DNA of 64,000 nucleotides from an uncultured delta proteobacterium (GTDB lineage Bacteria; Desulfobacterota; Desulfobacteria; Desulfobacterales; UBA5852): contig CAWKLN010000008.1 of the NCBI GenBank assembly GCA_963850465.1, positions 14,313 through 78,312 of the forward strand. The letters are read 5' to 3'. A program made the translations under genes and the position numbers. The notes beneath the pieces are model-generated. The model worked only from the letters and a program-made list of their open reading frames with translations, did not search any database and was not told the origin of the DNA. Each line of letters begins with the position of its first letter. Within the stretch, counting starts at the first letter, position 1. Shown here one piece after another: positions 21,012 to 29,092 of the stretch.

Positions 21012-22682
21012 TCAAGAATGGTTTGGAGTTATGTCCGGCACAGGCCGAAACGGGTTGCTGAAAAATACGGTATCATCCCGCCAGAGCGAGCGGACTTTGG
21101 CCTGCTGTCCTACAGCAAGCGCTGTGGTGTGGTTCAGGGCGTTTTCTGCCACGCGGCGGTCATAGAAGCAGTCCATCAGCACCAGGGGAAAAATCATTCC
21201 TTTTTCCGGATTCCAGTAAGGGACAAGCCGCGCTGCAATGCGGTTGCTTTTCAGGCGCTTCAATTCCCGAACGGCCTCTTCCAACCGCTGGTATTCAGCT
21301 AATTCGACCCACCACACGCTTACCGGAAGCGGGCGTACCGCTGCCGGCAGGGCAGGGAAGTGAATCACGTCCCCCACGTTTAGCGTGTCGGGATCGTGGA
21401 TGTGGGGGTTGGCTTCCGCGATGGCCTTCAAATAGGAGGGGGCAAACTGTCCGTAAATTATCTGGATGAGTTGCCCCAGGGTTTCGTTGGGGTGGATGGT
21501 GAGCCGTCCCAGACGGGCAGGCATTTGGGTGGTGGTGCTTTCCTGAACATTTTGATCCGGATCCGCGAAAGACATTTCGGCCGCAACCGCGGATGGCGTG
21601 CCGGTATCCATTAAAGTGGCAGACGCGCCGGGGGCTGATGGCGGCAAATTAGACGGTGGGGGTGTTGTCAGGGCGGTTCTATTTCCTGTGGCGTCCGTCC
21701 GAGAGACGCCCGCCGGTGCGGAAGCCTGTTCAGCCTGGGTGACGTGAGCATCCTTCGAGAGCCAATGCGCCCGGAACCATCCGGTTGGCGAAAGCATGAG
21801 TGCCGCGATCAACGTCAGCGTGCCGGCCGTCGTCCACCATCGCCAGGTGCTTAAAGATCGATGCGCAGTTGTTCTTCGGGCGCTGGAGCGGACCAGTTGC
21901 CAACCGGCCCGTCTGCGATTTTGAATGATCAGTGACAAGAGGATGCGGTGGCACAGGTGGATCATCCGACGGGGGTAGCCTTTGGTCGTCAGGAAGATGG
22001 CCAGCATGGCGGGTGTTGAAAACAGACGGCTGGCGGATCCGCCACCTGAGACCTGGATTCGGTAGCGAATCAGAGCGATGGCATCCCTCAATCCCAGAGG
22101 ATTGAGGTCGAAATGCAAGTTGATGCGGTCGGCGAAGTTGGGATGCGCCTTTATCGTGTGCCCGAATTCCTTCTGGGCAAAGATGACAATCTGAAGCAGT
22201 TTATGTTCATTGGTTTCATAATTTAAAAACTCCCGGAGGACTTCCAGGCATGATGGTGTTATTTTCTGACCTTCATCGATAATCAGGGTGACCGTGTGTT
22301 TTTCTTCCACGCTTTTTTCAAAAAGAAACTGTTTGATGGCTTCTTTCTTGCGATCGTCCGTCCAGGACACCGGCGTGGTGCGGCCTGAAAAAAGTTCCAG
22401 GACCATGGAGAGAAACGCGCTTTCCGAATGTACACCCGGATCGAGCATCAGATAGGCGTCCATATCTTCTTCATCGGAAAAACGGCGGATCAAATCACGA
22501 CAGATCGTGGTTTTGCCTGTGCCCACATGGCCGATGACCACGTTAAGCCCCCGGCGCAGACGGATGGCCAACTCCAACTGCTGCAGGCACCCGCGGTGCT
22601 GCCCGGACGGGTAGAAAAACGCCGGGTCGGGAGAGTTGGAAAACGGTTCACGCTCAAGGTTTAGGATGCTGTAGTAATCCAT
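21012..22682 (-). CDS. ExeA/MshM-like AAA+ ATPase with TM segment and C-terminal LysM-like and SPOR-like regions
   Basis: N-terminus REPFSNSPDPAFFYPSGQH...VIGHVGTGKTT (ExeA/GspA type). A TM helix (TAGTLTLIAALMLSP) is followed by a Pro/Ala/Thr-rich linker. C-terminal IHPNETLGQL...LNVGDVIHFP is LysM-like, and WWVELAEYQRLEEAVRELKRL...PLVLMDCFYDRRVAENAL is SPOR-like. Confidence 0.75.
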   Translation of the reverse strand: MDYYSILNLEREPFSNSPDPAFFYPSGQHRGCLQQLELAIRLRRGLNVVIGHVGTGKTTICRDLIRRFSDEEDMDAYLMLDPGVHSESAFLSMVLELFSGRTTPVSWTDDRKKEAIKQFLFEKSVEEKHTVTLIIDEGQKITPSCLEVLREFLNYETNEHKLLQIVIFAQKEFGHTIKAHPNFADRINLHFDLNPLGLRDAIALIRYRIQVSGGGSASRLFSTPAMLAIFLTTKGYPRRMIHLCHRILLSLIIQNRRRAGWQLVRSSARRTTAHRSLSTWRWWTTAGTLTLIAALMLSPTGWFRAHWLSKDAHVTQAEQASAPAGVSRTDATGNRTALTTPPPSNLPPSAPGASATLMDTGTPSAVAAEMSFADPDQNVQESTTTQMPARLGRLTIHPNETLGQLIQIIYGQFAPSYLKAIAEANPHIHDPDTLNVGDVIHFPALPAAVRPLPVSVWWVELAEYQRLEEAVRELKRLKSNRIAARLVPYWNPEKGMIFPLVLMDCFYDRRVAENALNHTTALAVGQQAKVRSLWRDDTVFFSNPFRPVPDITPNHS

Positions 22683-23560
22683 TAGGGTCGTTTCGTATCC
22701 GTCGTAGCGTTGTTTTCTTGCGGTGTCGGAGCAATGGTTTCCTGGACGGCGTCGGCGGGGGCTTCCAGCTCATGTACGGCCGATAAGGCCTGGCTCTGTT
22801 CCGACAGAATATGCGGTGTAACGAAGATCAGCAATTCCTCCATGTCCTTCTTTTTATTGGTGCCTTTGAACAGGTATCCCAGACCGGGAATATCTTTCAG
22901 ATAGGGAATGCCATATTCGTCATCCGAGGTGAACTCCTTGTTCAGGCCGCCGATAACGGTGGTCTGGCCGTCGAAAAGAATGACATCCGTGTTGGCCCTT
23001 TTGGTGATGATAAGGGGGTTGTTGCCGACCGCATTGGAGAAGTCAACGTCGTCTTTGGTCACGAAAATTGCCATTTTAATGGTTTTGTTATCGATGACAT
23101 GCGGTGTCACTTCCAGCCGCAAGACCGCCTTCTTATATTCAACACTGACTTGTCCGTCATCAACCGACTGATAGGGCACATCGCGCCCGCTTTCGATGAA
23201 GGCCTGCTGGTTATCCGATGTCGTAATATTGGGGCTGGAGAGAATGTTCAACTGCCCCTCCGCTTCGAGCGCTTGAAGTTGAACGGACAGAATGTTTCCG
23301 GAGCCACTTTCCAAGAGGAATCCGAGATTGAGGCCCAGAAGGTTGCCGGCCACGTCCGTGGCGCTAATGTTGGCCGGGAAATTTCCCATGGTGCCGGATT
23401 CGGGGTTGACGGATTCGCCGCTGCCCGGTGCGACACCGCTGCCGGTCGGGTTGGCAATATCCCCGGCCGTATTCCAGTAGTCGTAACTGCCGATGGAGGT
23501 GTGGTAGAGACCGCCCCACTGGACACCCAGGCTGCGGGCGGCGCCCTTGGTGGCCTCCAC
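22682..23560 (-). CDS. pilQ: secretin (PilQ/MshL family), C-terminal fragment of a frameshifted gene
   Basis: Secretin C-domain GGLNKEFTSDDEYGIPYLKDIPGLGYLFKGTNKKKDMEELLIFVTPHIL. The frame actually continues upstream as QILIEAHIVEATKGAARSLGVQWGG, so the GTG 'start' in the ORF track is artificial. Confidence 0.85.
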   Translation of the reverse strand: MEATKGAARSLGVQWGGLYHTSIGSYDYWNTAGDIANPTGSGVAPGSGESVNPESGTMGNFPANISATDVAGNLLGLNLGFLLESGSGNILSVQLQALEAEGQLNILSSPNITTSDNQQAFIESGRDVPYQSVDDGQVSVEYKKAVLRLEVTPHVIDNKTIKMAIFVTKDDVDFSNAVGNNPLIITKRANTDVILFDGQTTVIGGLNKEFTSDDEYGIPYLKDIPGLGYLFKGTNKKKDMEELLIFVTPHILSEQSQALSAVHELEAPADAVQETIAPTPQENNATTDTKRP

Positions 23561-23574
23561 GATGTGGGCCTCAA

Positions 23575-24345
23575 TCAGGATCTGGGGGTCGGCCGGTCCA
23601 GGGCTTCGATCAGGGGCAGCATCTGTTCCAGATCCGAGCGCACGGCCTGAATGATCAGGGAATTGGTATGTTTATCGACCATCACCGATCCCAATAGTTT
23701 GTCCTCTTCCCTGGGCGTCAAAAATCGCTCCAGGTTCTCGCGCAGACCTTCGGCATCGGCGTATTCGATTTCGATGATCTGGGTGATCATCGGCTGCGCC
23801 ATCTGCAATTCCTTCTCCTTGGCTTTGATGCGTTGATCCGTTTCCAATTGTTCGAGTTCACGGTTCTTGTCTTCAATGGTGACGACGCGGACAATGTTGC
23901 CTTCCCACAGGTAGGTTAGCCCATACGTCCGTAAAATGCTGCGAAAGGCCTGATCCCATGAAACGGCCTTGAGGCTGACATCGATTCGACCGCGGACACT
24001 TTCGTTGATCATGATGTTCTGATCGACCGCTCGGGCAAGTGCGCGCAGGACCGCGGGGATTTCAGCACCGTGCATGGTCAGGGATATCTTTTCGCGGGGC
24101 AGTCGTTGGTCTACCGCCTCCGCACCCGCCGTTTCCATAACGCGCTCCGGTTCGGGCTTTTGTTTCGCAAGCTGGCGTTTGATGGGTGCCGGAGAATGGC
24201 CCTGGGAGGTTTCCGCCTTGGTTTTCCACTCGGTGAAAACCTTGTCGCTTTCGGTTTGGAGGTCTTTTCCGGCACACCCGGTCACGAACAACAGCATGAC
24301 CAGGGTCATTTTTATCAAGCGGCTGAATTCATGTGTTTTTTTCAT
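23575..24345 (-). CDS. pilQ: secretin (PilQ/MshL family), N-terminal fragment (lipoprotein signal plus N domains)
   Basis: MKKTHEFSRLIKMTLVMLLFVTGC lipobox and N0/N1-like LKAVSWDQAFRSILRTYGLTYLWEGNIVRVVT. The fragment ends ...LIEALDRPTPRS* exactly where secretins continue Q(I/V)LIEA. Confidence 0.8.
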   Translation of the reverse strand: MKKTHEFSRLIKMTLVMLLFVTGCAGKDLQTESDKVFTEWKTKAETSQGHSPAPIKRQLAKQKPEPERVMETAGAEAVDQRLPREKISLTMHGAEIPAVLRALARAVDQNIMINESVRGRIDVSLKAVSWDQAFRSILRTYGLTYLWEGNIVRVVTIEDKNRELEQLETDQRIKAKEKELQMAQPMITQIIEIEYADAEGLRENLERFLTPREEDKLLGSVMVDKHTNSLIIQAVRSDLEQMLPLIEALDRPTPRS

Positions 24346-24368
24346 CTCGATGACTCGCTGCTGTCCAT

Positions 24369-24893
24369 TTAAGGTGTCTGCACTTCCCAATTATCAATCA
24401 ACGGTACGTTAAACACCTGTTGCTGGGGTGAACCTACCGTGACCTGACTCGGTGTGATTTGGCGGACCGTGAAAACGCTCTTATCCAGTTGATCTCCCTC
24501 TACGTACTCGATCCCGTTGATAATCGCTACGCGGCGCTGCGCGGTTTCTATGTAGCCGGAGTAAACCAAGGAAACATTGGATGGCAGCATGTCAGCCGGC
24601 CCCAGGGTTTCAACGGACGACGACAACAGACTGTCGTCGTCCAGAAACAGCGTATCTTGCCAGGGCGTTCGTGCCATTGACAGGGTATAGCGATCATCCT
24701 CCAATGATTTATCATTGCCAACCTGGGCGGCCAGATTGGTCAACATGCGCGTCAGGGTATTCGGTTCGTCCGAGGCCGTTGCCGTTGTTTTTGGTTTCTG
24801 CCCGCCGCTTAACAACATCAATGAACCCAGGCATACGGCGGCGATCATGAGTCCAACCAGGATTTTTTCACGCGTAGACATTGGGTCCTCCAC
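24369..24893 (-). CDS. PilP/MshK/GspB-like pilus assembly protein
   Basis: N-terminal TM anchor and C-terminal RVAIINGIEYVEGDQLDKSVFTVRQITPSQVTV motif, typical of MshK/GspB-type proteins. It sits between the PilO-like gene and the secretin. Confidence 0.55.
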   Translation of the reverse strand: MEDPMSTREKILVGLMIAAVCLGSLMLLSGGQKPKTTATASDEPNTLTRMLTNLAAQVGNDKSLEDDRYTLSMARTPWQDTLFLDDDSLLSSSVETLGPADMLPSNVSLVYSGYIETAQRRVAIINGIEYVEGDQLDKSVFTVRQITPSQVTVGSPQQQVFNVPLIDNWEVQTP

Positions 24894-24937
24894 GGTCCCC
24901 GCAACCGGCTGCCCGGGCGGAGGAACCCCGGTGGTGG

Positions 24938-25498
24938 TTATTGGCGCGCCAGCAATATATCCAGTTCCATATGAAGGCCTCGTATGCCGGTCTCCCGGCG
25001 GACTTCGATGCGTTCGATATGGGTCAAATAAGGCAGTTCCCCCAGCTTCAGAATGAATCCCCGCAAGTTGCTGAAGGCCCCCAGGATTTCAAGTGAGAAT
25101 TTAAGCTCGCCCGTTTCGCTGATCATGGAATTCAAGTCTGACCCGATGCGCCGGACTTTGAGTTGATTTTGTTCGGCCAACTGGCGGAAAAGAGGTTCAA
25201 TTCCGGCGATTTGTTCGGGCGTCAGGTGTCCGGGGGCCGGAAAGGACAAGTCTCCCAGACTTTCGGGCTGTGTTTCCCCCAGCAGCTGGGTGAATCGGCT
25301 GTAAATCGGCTCCAGCAGCCTTTGTTCGCCGATCTGGGTTTGCAGTGCGTCGATCTGGCTCTCCAGCCGACCGGCCGCCTGCTGGTGCGGCAGAATACTC
25401 ATCAGATAGAACCCCAGAATTCCTCCTATGCACAGGACCATTAAAAAGAGACGGCGCTCCGGGAAGAGTGCCAGAAAAGATTTACCATGTAGCGTCAT
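24938..25498 (-). CDS. pilO: PilO/MshJ-like pilus assembly protein
   Basis: 186 aa with a TM helix (LFLMVLCIGGILGFYLMSIL), then a coiled coil and a C-terminal alpha/beta region. It follows the PilM-N gene with a 2-nt gap. Confidence 0.65.
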   Translation of the reverse strand: MTLHGKSFLALFPERRLFLMVLCIGGILGFYLMSILPHQQAAGRLESQIDALQTQIGEQRLLEPIYSRFTQLLGETQPESLGDLSFPAPGHLTPEQIAGIEPLFRQLAEQNQLKVRRIGSDLNSMISETGELKFSLEILGAFSNLRGFILKLGELPYLTHIERIEVRRETGIRGLHMELDILLARQ

Positions 25499-25500
25499 GA

Positions 25501-27420
25501 TCAGATGATCTCCAGTTCGGCCGTGAATCGCAGGACTTCACGACCGCCCAGCATTTCGAATGATTTATCAACGATCCGGGGCTCTGCTAGAAGGGGCGAT
25601 GCTTTCATTTGAACCATATAGGCCGCCAGCGTCGGTTCGAGATTGAGCCGTTCCCCTCGGATAATACCGCCGATGGCAAGAACCCGGCGAGGTTTTTCCT
25701 CTGCGGTATTCTCGCGGCGGGGCAGTCGAATCGCAACCTTGGTCATGAGAATATCGGCCGGCGTCATGCGTGAAAGCTCGGCGATAATGGCCATCCCCCT
25801 GTATTTATCGCTGTGTCGTGCCAGTCTGCCGGTGGCCTCTTTGACTTTGGTGCCTAAAATCAGCACAGTCTCGGGGTTGAGCAGGGGGACAGATTCCTCC
25901 AGCTGCTGCTGGAGGCTTAGCATTTGTTTGTGCCGGGCCAGCAGGTGGTGTTTCTGCCAGCCGGTAAAGGCGAGAAATCCGAGCATCGCGAGCAGAAAAA
26001 AACCAAAAAGGATGCTGTTGAAAAGTTGGCGCTTTTCCCGCTTCGATCGGTCGTGATAGGTTTGCAGAAAATTGGGCGTCCGGCTGTCGCCGGCGGACGC
26101 CAGCCCCACTGCGGGGATATAGGATAGCTGCTCCTGCAGCGTATCGGGGCGGTCCGCCAGGGTTTCGTTATCGAAGGGGTTCAGATCGACAAGCGGAATT
26201 CCAAGTTGCTCGGCAATATAGTTGCGGACACGTTTACTGGCACAAATTTGTCCGGAAACGCAGAGACGATTGATTTCGTGGTGTTCGAAATTTATGGCGT
26301 AATGGCCAATCGTCCGTTCCACCTGCCGGTTCAGCCGGTCCAAGGCTGGTCGTATCATCTCAAACACGTCGTCCGGATCAAGTCCTCCAGCCAGGCGGTC
26401 GATTGAACTTTCTTCCGCGGCCGATTCCACGCCGGGCGCCAAGCGTGCCAGAACGGCTGCCGGAACGAGGTCGGATGCCTCGTGAGGCAATGCGGATGGT
26501 TTCGGTATGGGCCTGAAATCCATTTCCAGAGCGGTTTCCGGATTGTTTTCAGAGATGATGCGGGGATCGGTTTTGATTTCTTCGATCATGCTGCTCATGC
26601 CGGCCCGAATACCGCGTGACAACATGAGCGTGCCGTTATTGAAAATGTCGATGCGCGACCAGTTGCGGCCGATATATAATGCACAAAGATGCCCCTGGCT
26701 GAGAATTTTCCAGCGGGTGCGCAGCAGATTTTGCATCAGAAAAGGATACGTGCTCACGCCGTCAAGGGTATATCCGGCCCGGGTAAAGGAGGTTTTAATC
26801 GAATCGATGTCTTCCCGGGGGATGGTGTAGGCGAGCACTTCGATCTGGGGCGTGTCGCCGTCCGTGGTTTCTCCAAGCACTTCGAAATCGAACAGGCGCT
26901 GCTTGTCATCATATGGGTTTTTCTTTTTGTAGGCCCATATAACGGCATTGGGGAGTTGACGTCGGGCCACTTTGGGAATGCGGAGCAGGCGGGTATCGAG
27001 TCGTGCCGAAGAGATCGTGGCCCAGATGCTGACGGAGTCCGTCGACCCGCTGAAACTGGCCAGCGTGTTTCGGAGGAACTGGGGGAACAGGAGATTGTGT
27101 GAATCCAGGCCGGGATCGAAAGGTACATGACGGCAATCTAAAATTTGATGACGATTGGCGGTGGATTGAACGGTTTTAATCAACCGCACATCGGTATAGC
27201 CGATATCGACGCCAATCCGGATGGGTTTATTGAATTTCAGGACCGAAAGGAGGCGATCCCGCCAGCCTGGTGAAGGCGCGACCGTGCTTTCCGGCCGAGG
27301 CGATGAGACGCTCGAGGATTTATTCCCTCGGATTTGCTCCAGAAGTTTCTCGGTGGAAGAGATCTCGTCCTTTTTCACCGGAGCGCATCTCCATTTCATG
27401 TAGATGGCGTTAGCGACCAT
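25501..27420 (-). CDS. pilM: PilM-PilN fusion (MshI-like) pilus assembly protein
   Basis: The actin-like ATPase fold starts at IRIGVDIGYTDVRLIK. It is followed by a TM helix (ILFGFFLLAMLGFLAFTGW), a coiled coil and a PilN-like C-terminus. The true start may be the GTG at 27378 (GGAG upstream). Confidence 0.75.
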   Translation of the reverse strand: MVANAIYMKWRCAPVKKDEISSTEKLLEQIRGNKSSSVSSPRPESTVAPSPGWRDRLLSVLKFNKPIRIGVDIGYTDVRLIKTVQSTANRHQILDCRHVPFDPGLDSHNLLFPQFLRNTLASFSGSTDSVSIWATISSARLDTRLLRIPKVARRQLPNAVIWAYKKKNPYDDKQRLFDFEVLGETTDGDTPQIEVLAYTIPREDIDSIKTSFTRAGYTLDGVSTYPFLMQNLLRTRWKILSQGHLCALYIGRNWSRIDIFNNGTLMLSRGIRAGMSSMIEEIKTDPRIISENNPETALEMDFRPIPKPSALPHEASDLVPAAVLARLAPGVESAAEESSIDRLAGGLDPDDVFEMIRPALDRLNRQVERTIGHYAINFEHHEINRLCVSGQICASKRVRNYIAEQLGIPLVDLNPFDNETLADRPDTLQEQLSYIPAVGLASAGDSRTPNFLQTYHDRSKREKRQLFNSILFGFFLLAMLGFLAFTGWQKHHLLARHKQMLSLQQQLEESVPLLNPETVLILGTKVKEATGRLARHSDKYRGMAIIAELSRMTPADILMTKVAIRLPRRENTAEEKPRRVLAIGGIIRGERLNLEPTLAAYMVQMKASPLLAEPRIVDKSFEMLGGREVLRFTAELEII

Positions 27421-27447
27421 GACGCCGCATGGCGGCCGAATGCTCCG

Positions 27448-27475
27448 ATTATATGTGAAAGTGTTATATTGTAAA
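27448..27475 (-). promoter_or_regulatory. near-consensus sigma-70 promoter upstream of the pilus assembly operon
   Basis: The minus strand reads TTTACA-N16-TATAAT in the 105-nt gap upstream of pilM-N. Confidence 0.5.
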
Positions 27476-27525
27476 GGAAAAAAAGTGGTTACGGTTGCAT
27501 CAAATTTTTGTTTGGCATTATTTTC

Positions 27526-28548
27526 TTACAATTTGGGATGCGAACAAGACATGAAGGCCCGTTTGGCTTCTTCCCGAATCGTCTCGGCTTCATCACAGTA
27601 TCGTGGTGAGAAATGAAACAGCGTGTAGCGCTTGACACCGGCCTGAGCTGCAATCTCCCCGGCCTGGCCGGCGGTCAGGTGGTATTTGGATGTCGCAAGA
27701 TGGTGATCGCGCGTCCGGAAAGCGCTTTCAATGAACAGGTGGTCAGCGCTGTGGATCAGTTCGATAATCTTATTCTGATTGTCGATATGTCCAGCAACAT
27801 CGGTTATGTAGCCGATTTTATGCCCGGGTGACGTCCGCGTGATGCCATCGGCCAGGTCACCCAAACGGAAGCAGCGACGACCAACGGGGGGGTGCAGGGT
27901 CGGTGCTTCTATCATCGTGTTGGGATCGTGTTTGCTGTAAAGGGCCAGTTTGAAAGTTTTGAGCCAGGGGCCGGTGGCCAGCGCCAACTGATCCAATGCC
28001 ACTTTATCAATGTTGATATGCACCGGTTCTGCCAGGCTGAATCCTAAACATGGAATTCCGTGATCCAGGATTCGGGCTTCCACGCGCAGCGAAGGTTCCT
28101 GAAGCAGGACGCCTTCAAACGGTTGAATTTGGTCCATTCCGGTTTCAGGAATGAATTGGGCGCGGCAGGCGTAGCGGCGGGTACGTATCCGCGGGGTGGT
28201 GATCTCAGAGGCGATCAATTCGAACGGATACCGATAATGGTCGACGAGGTTCCAGTTATAGGCTCTCAGTTTCCCTTCCAGGTTATCCAGAAAACCTTCC
28301 GGGCCATAGAGGTGCAAACGTTTTTCCCGTCCCAGACACAGACGCAGCAACCGATCGAAGCCGCAGAAGTGATCCATGTGGGTGTGGGAAATGAAACAGT
28401 GGGAGATTTTGAGGATATCCCTTGAGGGCAGAGGGCCCAAATCACCTAAATCGAACAGGATCGCCCGTTTTTCAAATGCCAAGGAAACATACAGGGCCGG
28501 ATCATCGAAAGGTCCATTGACCAGACGGGGCTGGAAACGGGGCGACAT
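27526..28548 (-). CDS. MBL-fold metallo-hydrolase (RNase Z/BN-like)
   Basis: HCFISHTHMDHFCGFDRLLR (HxHxDH motif) and C-terminal HFSPRY. 340 aa. Confidence 0.8.
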   Translation of the reverse strand: MSPRFQPRLVNGPFDDPALYVSLAFEKRAILFDLGDLGPLPSRDILKISHCFISHTHMDHFCGFDRLLRLCLGREKRLHLYGPEGFLDNLEGKLRAYNWNLVDHYRYPFELIASEITTPRIRTRRYACRAQFIPETGMDQIQPFEGVLLQEPSLRVEARILDHGIPCLGFSLAEPVHINIDKVALDQLALATGPWLKTFKLALYSKHDPNTMIEAPTLHPPVGRRCFRLGDLADGITRTSPGHKIGYITDVAGHIDNQNKIIELIHSADHLFIESAFRTRDHHLATSKYHLTAGQAGEIAAQAGVKRYTLFHFSPRYCDEAETIREEAKRAFMSCSHPKL

Positions 28549-28552
28549 GGTG

Positions 28553-28972
28553 TCAGGGAAGGTGTTTTTGCACCTGCTGGTGAATACACTGGTAAATCTC
28601 TTCGTCGGAGCCGAAAATATCCACCGTATCTTTATGATTAATCACTTTTTCCAGTATAAATGCCGTGACATAGAGGGTGACGATGTGGGGATTCGGCACA
28701 ACATGGCGATAGGGGGCGACCAAGTAGTCGATATCGAAGTCGTCGGCGCGACGGAGGCGGTCTAGGCAAGCATGGACCTGGTCTTCCAAACCGTTTTTGT
28801 TGGTCGTTTCCACCAGCCTGTTTTCTACAAGCTTCATGGAAATGGCATTGGCCACGGTATCGATGCAGTCCTGAATCGCATTGAGTGATCGGCGCCGTGC
28901 GTACTCTTTGGAGGATTCGATTTTAGACAGGATGCTGGCTTCTCGTGTGCTGGGCCGAAAGACTTTTGCCAT
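28553..28972 (-). CDS. hypothetical cytoplasmic protein
   Basis: The ORF has good coding appearance from MAKVFRPSTRE, lies 4 nt upstream of the MBL hydrolase gene, and has no motif I can name with confidence. Confidence 0.5.
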   Translation of the reverse strand: MAKVFRPSTREASILSKIESSKEYARRRSLNAIQDCIDTVANAISMKLVENRLVETTNKNGLEDQVHACLDRLRRADDFDIDYLVAPYRHVVPNPHIVTLYVTAFILEKVINHKDTVDIFGSDEEIYQCIHQQVQKHLP

Positions 28973-29092
28973 GGTTTTTCCTCTGTGCTGATAACCGCCG
29001 GTAACCGGCAGGCGAATTACGCAAATAATAGAGCCAGCTTTGTGAATTTGCAAGAAAAAAGTCTGTTCCCGATCGCGGGCATGTGTCTTTTA

